Origin: Lama glama
Lineage: Eukaryota
Assembly (NCBI GenBank): GCA_028534125.1
Contig: CM052817.1
Span: 99,078,001-99,142,000, forward strand
DNA: 64,000 bases
Direction of reading: 5' to 3'
The notes beneath the pieces were generated by a model. It had not been told where the DNA came from. It saw nothing but the letters and a program-made list of their open reading frames with translations, and made no database searches. Of this stretch, positions 54,613 to 64,000 are shown piece by piece (position 1 is the stretch's first letter; each line of letters starts with the position of its first letter). Position numbers and translations under genes: made by a program.

Positions 54613-55429
54613 AGACGACTCAGAAAGTGGAATCTGCACAAGCAACCTAAAGGGGGAGGAGAAGAAAAACCCTTGAATCTTTATAACCAAACCCCAGATG
54701 CAACGCAAGCAACGACTTCGTCACACTAAAATAGATTTTGTGAGGGCCAAAATTATAAATTACGAAGCAGAAATGAGTATCAAACAACTTCCAGCAGTTT
54801 GCACCTAGAGAAAGACAAGAAGAACCCACTGCAAATAAACAAACCCAGTCCAAACAACGCCTCCAGTAGGAAAAGAGGAAAACCGCTACAAGAGGACCCC
54901 CTGAGAAGAGACCAGACCCACACGCTGAGAGTGCCGGGCGGGCGTCTGCAAACCTGAGTGTGCCACGGCCGGAGTTGCACTTCGCTGCTCTCGGGACATT
55001 AATTACACCCTTCACCTTTCATCTGGGGGAGGGTGAGGAGAAAAGCACTCACCTAAGCCGAATGAAGACGTGCTACCAGTCTGGGAGAGAAGTTTAAGAA
55101 TGAAACACTGAATGTTTCGCTTTTATTTTTAAATTTACTTTGGCACGTAAAAGACCTCAATTCCAGATTTCTGGGCCATCTCCGCTGCAGACGTCTAAGC
55201 CTAACCTCTTGGTAACCTGAATTTTTCTCTCTCACCCTGTCTTTCCCCCCCTCCCCTTCATCTTTTCCGCAGGCACGTCTTGATTTCACCCATCAAGAGA
55301 AAGCAAAATAGTCCCAGCAGGTACTTTTCTCTTTCAAAGATCATCTTTTCTGTTTTTTGGGTTTGTTTGTTTTTTTCTGGAGAAGAAAAAAAGCTTTCAA
55401 AAGAGGGGAGAGAAAGAGCTGGACGGCTG

Positions 55430-56671
55430 AAACGTCAGCCGGTCAGCCCAGGTGGAAAACAAGAGTGAAAGTGGGGCTTAGGGGAACGCAGCGCCTCTTT
55501 CGCAAGCCGCAGGGCCACCACCAGCGCGTGAGCCTTGGATCCCTCAACGTATTGCGAGACGCCGGTGTACAGCCCGGACCTGTGCCCCAACATGATCGCC
55601 GCTCAGGCCAAGCTGGTCTACCAGCTCAATAAATACTACACTGAGCGCTGCCAAGCGCGCAAGGCGGCCATCGCCAAGACCATCCGAGAGGTCTGTAAGG
55701 TGGTCTCGGACGTGCTAAAGGAAGTGGAGGTGCAGGAGCCTCGCTTCATCAGCTCCCTGAGCGAGATCGATGCCCGCTATGAGGGGCTGGAGGTCATCTC
55801 GCCCACAGAATTCGAGGTGGTGCTCTACCTAAACCAGATGGGCGTCTTCAACTTCGTGGACGACGGCTCGCTGCCCGGCTGCGCGGTGCTCAAACTGAGC
55901 GATGGGCGGAAGCGGAGCATGTCTCTCTGGGTCGAGTTCATCACAGCGTCCGGCTACCTCTCGGCGCGCAAGATCCGCTCGCGTTTCCAGACGCTGGTGG
56001 CTCAGGCGGTGGACAAGTGCAGCTATCGGGATGTGGTCAAGATGATCGCAGATACCAGCGAGGTCAAGCTGCGCATCAGGGAGCGCTATGTGGTGCAAAT
56101 CACTCCCGCGTTCAAGTGCACCGGTATCTGGCCTCGCAGTGCGGCACAGTGGCCTATGCCCCACATCCCCTGGCCCGGCCCCAATCGGGTGGCGGAGGTC
56201 AAGGCCGAAGGGTTCAACTTGCTCTCTAAGGAATGCTACTCGCTGACCGGCAAGCAGAGCTCCGCGGAGAGCGATGCTTGGGTGCTACAGTTCGGGGAGG
56301 CTGAGAACCGCCTGCTAATGGGCGGCTGCCGAAACAAGTGCCTCTCCGTGCTGAAGACGCTGCGGGATCGCCACCTGGAGCTGCCCGGCCAGCCGCTCAA
56401 CAACTACCACATGAAGACGCTGCTGCTGTACGAGTGCGAGAAGCACCCGCGGGAAACGGACTGGGACGAGGCGTGCCTCGGCGATCGGCTCAACGGCATC
56501 CTGCTGCAGCTCATCTCCTGCCTGCAGTGCCGCCGCTGCCCTCACTACTTTCTGCCCAACCTCGACCTTTTTCAGGGCAAGCCCCATTCGGCCCTGGAGA
56601 GCGCTGCCAAGCAGACCTGGAGGTTGGCCAGGGAAATTCTCACCAATCCCAAAAGCCTGGACAAACTATAG
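55430..56671. promoter_or_regulatory. CpG island covering the MAB21L2 proximal leader and CDS
   Basis: High GC content and dense CpG throughout. Confidence 0.75.
55592..56671 (+). CDS. MAB21L2: Protein mab-21-like 2 (359 aa, cGAS/Mab-21 nucleotidyltransferase fold), intronless CDS
   Basis: MIAAQAKLVYQLNKYYTERCQARKAAIAK...NPKSLDKL*. First ATG at 55592 (AACATGA); the ORF track begins 19 codons earlier at a TTG. E49/R51 positions intact. L2-type sequence and location inside LRBA distinguish it from MAB21L1/NBEA. Confidence 0.98.
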   Translation: MIAAQAKLVYQLNKYYTERCQARKAAIAKTIREVCKVVSDVLKEVEVQEPRFISSLSEIDARYEGLEVISPTEFEVVLYLNQMGVFNFVDDGSLPGCAVLKLSDGRKRSMSLWVEFITASGYLSARKIRSRFQTLVAQAVDKCSYRDVVKMIADTSEVKLRIRERYVVQITPAFKCTGIWPRSAAQWPMPHIPWPGPNRVAEVKAEGFNLLSKECYSLTGKQSSAESDAWVLQFGEAENRLLMGGCRNKCLSVLKTLRDRHLELPGQPLNNYHMKTLLLYECEKHPRETDWDEACLGDRLNGILLQLISCLQCRRCPHYFLPNLDLFQGKPHSALESAAKQTWRLAREILTNPKSLDKL

Positions 56672-56996
56672 GGTGCTGGGGACTGCTTGAAAAGCGACAC
56701 AGACGGGAATGCTCTCAAACACAACACACACACAACTCGGCGACAAATAGCGGAAACTCCAGACACAAACTTTTATGGAAGCCACCTAAAAGAAACGGGA
56801 ACCAGGCAGAAGACCTTCGTAAACAAGCAAACAAAAGGAGAGCAAATCAACCGACCAAACAAAATCACATTCTTGCACAAAAGTGATCGTTTTCTTCCAA
56901 ACAATGTGAATTTAAAAGGTCACACAAAAGAAGCAATCGGGCTTTGTCACCACAAAATGAAACCCAAGGTACATTTTCAAATCAATGTATAGTAGT

Positions 56997-57027
56997 TTCT
57001 CCCTTTTCCTTCGCTTCCTCACTTCTT

Positions 57028-57078
<51 letters not shown>

Positions 57079-57106
57079 CTTTCTTTTCTTTCTCTTTTTC
57101 TCTCTC
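56997..57106 (+). repeat. Polypyrimidine tract with (TC)~17 in the MAB21L2 3' UTR
   Basis: Seen directly: perfect TC repeat 57042-57075. Confidence 0.95.
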
Positions 57107-57294
57107 AGCCTTCGTTTTGTTTTGGGTTGCCTGAATGTTGTCACCAAGTGAAAAAAAAGTATTTAATTATATGTAAAATTTCTCTTTTAAACAAAGTTTT
57201 GCGGATGTTAAATGTATCTCAGTGCCAATGTCAGATGTGCCCCTCCCTCTCTCGCACCTCTACCCTCACCCGAAGCAGTCTTGTTGAAAACAGT

Positions 57295-57300
57295 AATAAA
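57295..57300 (+). terminator. MAB21L2: Polyadenylation signal AATAAA of MAB21L2
   Basis: AATAAA about 620 nt after the stop codon, followed by a GT-rich element (gactgtttgtggactgtt, ~57323-57340). Confidence 0.75.
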
Positions 57301-60300
57301 AATATTACTTTACATTGTAATTGACTGTTTGTGGACTGTTCTTAAATGAAGGCAGGTAAGATCGTAATTTGTAATTTACAATATTAGGATGTGAACCTGA
57401 GGAACTAAATGCAAGAAGCATCTATTTTAACTCTAGTTTGCAAAATTTACAAATGCAGCACATTTTGTAGATTTAACCATACAAATTTCCACCAAAATCT
57501 TTAGAAAAGAGAACATATTTTTACCCAATTATATGATTGTTCTGTAGATTTTAAGATTAAAAGTAGTATCTTATTTCAGACTTGAAAAAAGAACAGATTT
57601 TGTACGGAAGACCATATTATGATACTAATTTTTAAAATAGAAATTTTTTTCACGTGAAAAATTAAGAGGTTGCTTTCTTATGCCGTAATGTTTAAAAATC
57701 CACTCCAAGTCTGAATTATAAAGGAAATATTTATGGATCTCTGAACAGTTAACACAATCAGTTGATATTTTTCCTTCAATCATTTGTCCTCCTCAAGCTT
57801 TAAACAATAAACACTTAATAATTAAATCAACCACAGTAAGAGTAAAATGGTTACAGCAATATTCCTTTCCCCAGCAAACGGTGATATGAACAATCCAGAT
57901 TTATAAATTACTTCAAGTTTCTAAATGGCTTAGTTATAAATGCTGTATCCATGATCTTTTTTGTCAAAGTCCCAGAATTATTCAGAATTATTCTGAAGTT
58001 GCTTATAGGCAATTTAAATAAAAAAGGTTTTGATACCATTTTAATGACCAAAGAAAAATTACATATATGAAAAGTATATTCCCCCTCTTTCTGCTTGTCT
58101 AAGGAAACAGTCGGATATATTCATAGCATGGTCCAACTTTAACAAAGGTTTCTATCTGATACAAGGAAATAACTGATTAGCAAATAAAATAATTAGTAGA
58201 ACCGAAAGCATCCCAAAGGAACTGGTTCATCTTCTTTATGCTGGAGGTAACTACATAGTCCATTATATATGCTAATAATGAGGCACAGGAAGAGAATACA
58301 TGTCAGATGTTACCCTTTAATATTCAAAATTTATTCTTTAAATCAACCCATTTTTTTAATTAACTTACCAAGAAAAATCCATGAATGAGAGATACAGAGA
58401 AGAATGTTCTAAAAAGCAATTTTAAAGATCAGAGGCAGAAGTTTGAGTTGGGGAAGGAGTGTATGGAGGGGTGAGCAGGAAAGCAGAGATGGATGAAAAA
58501 CTAGGAAGCTACTTAGAGCTTTGGTGCCCAGTTCATTTAATAAAATAGGATTCAGTTGTAAGATTCTCAGGTAAAAATTCCCTAGTAAAAACAGTTCTGT
58601 GTTAGAAATATAAACATTGATCTTATCCGTTCTGAAATCATCTATCTCTACTCTTTCAACCTGTATCTTTTTCATGTCTCTCTTCCTGTAGATGCAGAAT
58701 ACACTTACTGTAATACTAAGTGGTTCAGACAAATATGATAATTTTTAAATTGAATACAAATGAATTTACTCTCTTGAGAAAATGTTCTACTTTTTAAGAA
58801 CACTTTTCAAGTCAAGTAGTAGGTGCTTACTGATTTTAAGGGCACAATGGTTAGTTTAAAAGATAAAAATGACATCTTAAAATGACCATTTTTTTCACTC
58901 ACAGAAGTATTTAATGCATTAGACATATATCTCTCTCCAACTAGCCCAGGAAAAAAGACTTATCCTTTTTAAGTCTTGAAAAAAAGAAATAAAAGTTCTC
59001 CAAATTCAGTATCTTTTTTCCATCCTTATTTAATTTAATGCAGCTTACACACAAGAAGAGAAAAACATTCCAGCAACATAAGTGTCCTCATTTACAAAAT
59101 ACCTTAAAATACCAACGCCTATACAAAGTCAAAAGTTCTTCTAATAATTGGCTGAAAAAATTTTAAGAATATAAATTAGCAACAGTTTTGATTTCTGTAG
59201 TATTAGGAACGTTGCAGAGGTATAGGCAATTTCTGTGATTAGGCTCAAAGATCCTGTATTGCACAAGCAACAGGGAAAAAAATTAATTTAATGATGCTGC
59301 ACAGAATAAGACAAGACAGAAATAAAAAAGTTCTAACTTCCTCTAGAGAAAAGTCAGTAACTTCAAACAGCCTAACTGCAAAGACTGGTAGATTTTTTTT
59401 AATAACAAGGACAATTCATTAGACACTTTAAAGTTAAATCATACTTTAGATTTTAAGCCATGTATGTCCAAAATCATAATAGAATATTCTGAATTAAATT
59501 TCAGCCTTTCAAACTCACAAAACTACCGTCAATTAGAGTGTTTAAGTAATTTTGGTTACCTTTCTTTCCTAAAAAAACTAAAATGCATTTTCAGACATTT
59601 AAGCCATGCAAGAGAGTAAAAAAAAATTTTAGTTGATGTAATTTCAGGATTAAACTTTTCTCTACATTGGATTAGTTGCATTCTCCAGCTCAAAACAATC
59701 AGTTCCATCACAGACTTCCTTTCCTAGAGTCTACCAAGTCCCATCTTAATAAAAGCAGCCACGCTGAAATCAAGTGCTGGAAACACGCATAAGACAAGAG
59801 ATGATTTGTTTATAAAGGTTTTCATAAAATTATAACATTTTCATTAAGAATGACTTTAGAATACTTCTAAGTCACTAAAACTTAATAATTCACATGATTA
59901 CAAAATGAAAGAATCTCCTACCAATAAACTCAAAATACATATGTGTATGTTGACATACACACACACACACTAGCCAACAACCTGTAAAATTAACTATTTC
60001 CTTCTTAAAAACCTCTTCTCTTTCTACAGGTTGCTTATTTTGCTCATTTTAAAAGAGACTGTTTCTTCTCAGAACAAATTCTACCATTCACTTTCACGAA
60101 ATAAACCTAATTTTGGGTTTATGGCTGTGCTACAAATGTCTCTTAGTAAAATAAAGTTGCTAAGGTCTGAAAGGTAATCAGAAATACATTTTAAAGGGGA
60201 AATTACATTTTCATTTAAGAAAAGGAAATTATGCAGTGCCTTGTAAAATTCGTAATGGGAAACAGGTATCTCGCGCACACAAGACATGCGTACGTGCACA

Positions 60301-60741
60301 ACAGAGTAGTAAGTTATGAGGACAAAGCGAGAGGGTGATATATTGGTATTATATCCAGAAAATATAAAGGCTAAACAAAATAATTCCACTCTCAATCTCA
60401 CTGAATTTTGTAGCTTAATTCATCCTGGACCCTTTGAGGCAAAATACATTTATAGACAATATTCCCTGAGGTTCTCCCCTCACCTCTGAATGAGCTAATG
60501 ATAAATGCAATTAAACGGAAATTGTTTTTGAATCTAAATGAACTTCAATAATCTAACTAGCTGGTAAGGGAATCATAAGCTAAAAGAGATAGGTGCCTCG
60601 CATACAGGCAGAAGCAATTCATCAAGAAATTCAAACTATGTCTATCAGATTTTACTAATGCCAACCCTACCCGACAGCAGCCCTCCATCCCATCAGAAGA
60701 AAAAACAGTTCCATAAAAATGAAACCCACTCCTCATCTCAC

Positions 60742-60878
60742 CTTGGGGTCGATTTTCTTGAAGCTAGAGTCTTCTTCATCGACGTCGAAATAGAGTTCGG
60801 AGGAGGTGACAGAAAGAGTGCCCTTTACCGCCACAGAGGGGGCCACAAGCTGAGCCGGTGTGCTCAGGCTAACAGGGC
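60742..60878 (-). CDS. LRBA: LRBA internal coding exon (137 nt, phase 1-0): (G)PVSLSTPAQLVAPSVAVKGTLSVTSSELYFDVDEEDSSFKKIDPK, start of the BEACH-type PH domain
   Basis: Manual reverse-complement translation (not in the ORF track). Acceptor cctttccttttggcag and donor AAG|gtgaga. Recognisable LRBA/NBEA PH-domain sequence, in frame with the 63398-63544 exon. Confidence 0.95.
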
Positions 60879-63397
60879 CTGCCAAAAGGAAAGGACAGGG
60901 TGAACAAGTTGGAGTGACATTTAAAAAAAAATCACACAGATTCAGGCAGAAAATTTCATTTCATTTTTGAATTCTCACATCCAACACCAATTTCCTGCCA
61001 AGTCTTTTCACGCTTACAAATTCTGTACACGCAAAATCTCCCTCTGAAAATGCAAAGTTAGCGTTCTCATACCAAGAGATCTCTAACAGGGCGGATGATG
61101 GTAACAGTAAACTAGGATGCAATTGTTTTACAGGGAGTCTGCAAAGCTTTGGTCTAATCTCCTGGTTAGAAGGTGGCTCTGCCTAAGTAAGTCCTTCCAC
61201 ATTCCATTCAGAAAAGAAGCCTCAGGCTATCAAACAACATGGAACAACAACCAGAAGCAAGGAAGACTCAATAGGCTGCCAAGGCCAGAGGTTAGCTTAG
61301 AGGTGGGCCGAGGCATGATTGCAAAAAGATCACCAGCTTATTAGTGAAGTGAGCAACGTTAAACCATATTCCCTGATAAAGATTTTGTACCAGGTTGACA
61401 CAAAACCTCCTCCATAACAACTTTACCCCACGAAGGAGTGGTGAAAATACTTCTTTTCTAAGCCTGCCTTTCCACTGTTAAATATTGTGCAGTGCTTCCA
61501 AATCTAATATCAGTGTAGTTCAGGGACTCTGGGAGTAAACAGCTGGAGGGTGGGTTTCCAAGTGAATGAATTTTTATTGGAATAATCAAATCTCCACAGG
61601 GCTTATCAAAGAGACAAATCAGCCTGCTACTGAAAACAATAGATTCACTACAGATAGAACAGCATAGAGTATATTAGAGCCCAACCTAAAGTAAGGACTA
61701 AAAATAATAATTAAACATGTATATATTTATGTAGAACACATGTAGGAAGAATTTGAAATCCCATGTAAATTCCTCATTGTAAAAATCCTATAGGTGAAGA
61801 AAACAGCAAGAGAAGATTGGCATTTATGGTTCTGAATTAATATAGTGCCTATAAACACGGTACACCTATTCAGGTAATCAATGGGTGAATAAGTGTTTCA
61901 AAATTCAGACGAATTGACATTTTCATCGATTGTTAGGAGGGTGTTGGTCCTTAATCTCACATCAATCTTAATGTGTGCCAGCAGGACAATAGGAGGGATG
62001 CTCTGCGGAGATCAGAGCAGGTTTTGCCCTCTATTCCCAATGTACAAATACATTGTGTTTGCAGATGGGCAGCAGATAGCTGCAGAACAGCCATGATTTC
62101 CCAAAGCTCATCCCTATAAATGGATGAAATAAGCAGCTATGTGTTCTTTTGCTGTCTCCTTTGCCCTCCGTACATTAGCATGTAATCCTGAGAAGAAATA
62201 ACATTTTTTCAATCATTCTCAGACATTCAATTACAGGGTAAGCAGACAGCTGCAGGAGCCAGGGCAGCCTAGGTCCTACAGAAGACCCCTGACAATTTCC
62301 ACTTCATTTCTAACCCACACCACTTTATTAGTGTGGATTACTTCTTAATCCTATTGCCATTGTCAAGATTATATAATTAAACTCCCCTTTCACCTCTATT
62401 ACTGTATGAATGTATTACTAGTAGCAAGAATAGAAGCAAAATAAAGGAGGAGGAAGGGGGTAAATGGATGTGAAGAAAAAGACTAGAGAACAGCAGTGCC
62501 TCACTCACTCTCTACTCCCACCCCCAATCCCTTAGCAGTATGCTCCAATTAGTTTTATTTTACTTTACAGGAGATTTACAGTCATCATCAGAGAAGATAC
62601 CATCATCTATTTTTCATCACTGTTCACTGCATGTTAGCACAGGATGCAGATAGGTCACTAAATAAAAGATCTCTCATGCTTTTTAAATTAAAGTTACCAA
62701 ACTTGAAGATTATATAATTTTCACCTATAGAAACTGTAGAATCTTTCAGACTTTCCTCGTTGAGGGACAGAGTCCCAGGCATTAAAGAAAAAAAAAAGCC
62801 ATTTAATGAATGACTAAAATTTCAGGCTAAACAAGAGAATTTTTCCCATAAGGGAAGTAAAACTGAAAATCTGCAGAGTGCAAATCAAAATTCCTACATC
62901 AGGTAAAATATGTGAATCCTTGAAAAGCAATAGCATTCCTGGAATGGATTTTTTGAGAGAGTTAAATGTATATGCAGCATGTTCCCTAAGACCTGTATAT
63001 CAAAGCAAATAGCTCATCAGCCTCCAAGCTGTATTCACAAAACAATAGGCATGATTTTACTTATAGCTCTCATTTTGTAGAGGTTAGGTAACTCCCATTA
63101 GATGGGTAAAGCAATCTAATTTTCTTGTTGCTGCTTTTCAACTGTTTTCTTTTCCAGTGAAGATTATTCATAAAAGAAAAAGATGAGTAGGGTAAAGAGA
63201 ATGAACAGAATTGAAAAATAACGAGGAAACAGTATTGATCATTGGGGGAAAATGTCTGGAAGAACAAAAACAATCTTCATTGAATGTAACTGTGGCTGTA
63301 AAGTTGGTAATCCTAGCAGTCACCGCCCAAAACGTAAGTAATTAGATGCTTATTGGCCCAGAGCCAGCTGAAGTATGGGTACAACCGCTATATTTAC

Positions 63398-63544
63398 CAG
63401 TGAGATTCTCTAAATCTTTTTCATCCACGGATGACAGAGTATCGTCGTCACCTTCCAGGAGGATCTCGTTTTCTGAGTTCTGATTTCCTAAAGCCTGACT
63501 CTTGATGGACTGTTTTCCTTTAGCAAGGATATCTTCATCTGCAG
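63398..63544 (-). CDS. LRBA: LRBA internal coding exon (147 nt, phase 1-1): (A)ADEDILAKGKQSIKSQALGNQNSENEILLEGDDDTLSSVDEKDLENLT(G)
   Basis: Translation matches the LRBA segment preceding the PH domain as I recall it. Minus-strand acceptor ttttcatttcag (plus CT at 63545-46) and donor CTG|gtaaat (plus AC at 63396-97). Frame joins the next exon. Confidence 0.93.
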
Positions 63545-64000
63545 CTGAAATGAAAAGGAAACAAAGCTGTCCATCAGCTCTGGGAAGAGCACTCTGGCAG
63601 AGGGGCAGGGAACTGAGGTAAGGAGAGGTGGCCAAAGATGGTCAATCGTTTTACACAGAGTCACCCACGGCGGGGAAAGTGATCGGATGGCCCACATGCT
63701 CCTTCTGACAAACGGGATTCCCCAAATCTAGTCTAATGTTACCCTGAGCAAGCACCCTAATCCCATTAAATCTGACCCTTGCACTGCTCACCGAACCGTT
63801 TATTTACTTACAGTTAGGGCAGAAGAGGGTTCAAAAGCAGCACATTTTTTGGAAATGTGTTAGTAGAAAAAAAAATCAGAACCTATTTGTGGAAACAATA
63901 CCTACTTAACACTGAAAAATAAGGAAGACTGATTCATTCCTGCGAATGATATTACCGTGACAAACATTCTGAAATGGCTGGAGAGGGGCTGTGGAGGAGA

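Larger units (their letters stand above)
1..60741 (-). other. LRBA: Large LRBA intron hosting MAB21L2 (continues beyond the left edge)
   Basis: I did not find the next expected LRBA exon (ILAYTEGLHGKW...) in 1-60741. Nesting of MAB21L2 in an LRBA intron is established. Confidence 0.85.

Noticed and set aside
54213..54641. 142-aa Ser/Leu-rich ORF
   Set aside because: Translation of the (CT)n strand of the microsatellite.
55535..55591. ORF-track start giving a 378-aa MAB21L2
   Set aside because: The start is TTG, not ATG. The canonical CDS starts at 55592; the extension is kept only as a hypothesis.
55592..56671. Novel cGAS-like/CBASS immune system
   Set aside because: This is the well-known vertebrate MAB21L2 in a mammalian intron; there are no accompanying effector genes or operon structure.
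55829..56886. Overlapping and antisense ORFs within MAB21L2 (111, 70, 90, 182 and 64 aa)
   Set aside because: Expected shadows of a GC3-rich CDS; no recognisable protein similarity.
63342..63635. 97-aa ORF as a stand-alone gene
   Set aside because: Only 63398-63544 is exon; the flanks are intron read-through.
1..64000. CRISPR arrays, rRNA or intact autonomous transposons
   Set aside because: No regularly spaced direct repeats, rRNA motifs or long transposon ORFs seen.

Overview
Mammalian genomic DNA; the tRNA-derived SINE family and L1 tails suggest a camelid (inference only). The window is part of the LRBA gene on the minus strand. Two coding exons just before and entering the PH domain lie at 63398-63544 and 60742-60878, and everything from 60741 down to 1 is one large LRBA intron. 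Nested antisense in that intron is the intronless MAB21L2 CDS (55592-56671, +, 359 aa), with a GA-rich promoter/5' region, an upstream CpG island at about 52.1-52.75 kb and a poly(A) signal at 57295. The left ~41 kb is rich in old L1/L2/MIR/MaLR/hAT repeats and has a young, nearly perfect U6 snRNA retrocopy at 31456-31562. The ~22 kb around MAB21L2 is repeat-poor and contains enhancer-like motif clusters. I found no new protein-coding system. The best leads are regulatory: a possible UUG-initiated N-terminal extension of MAB21L2, a strong cryptic splice acceptor and uORFs in its leader, a candidate 28-nt LRBA-strand microexon inside the MAB21L2 leader, a possible divergent short LRBA transcript, and complementary (GA)n/(TC)n tracts bracketing the CDS. 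Repeat family names and boundaries were assigned by eye and are approximate unless TSDs are given.
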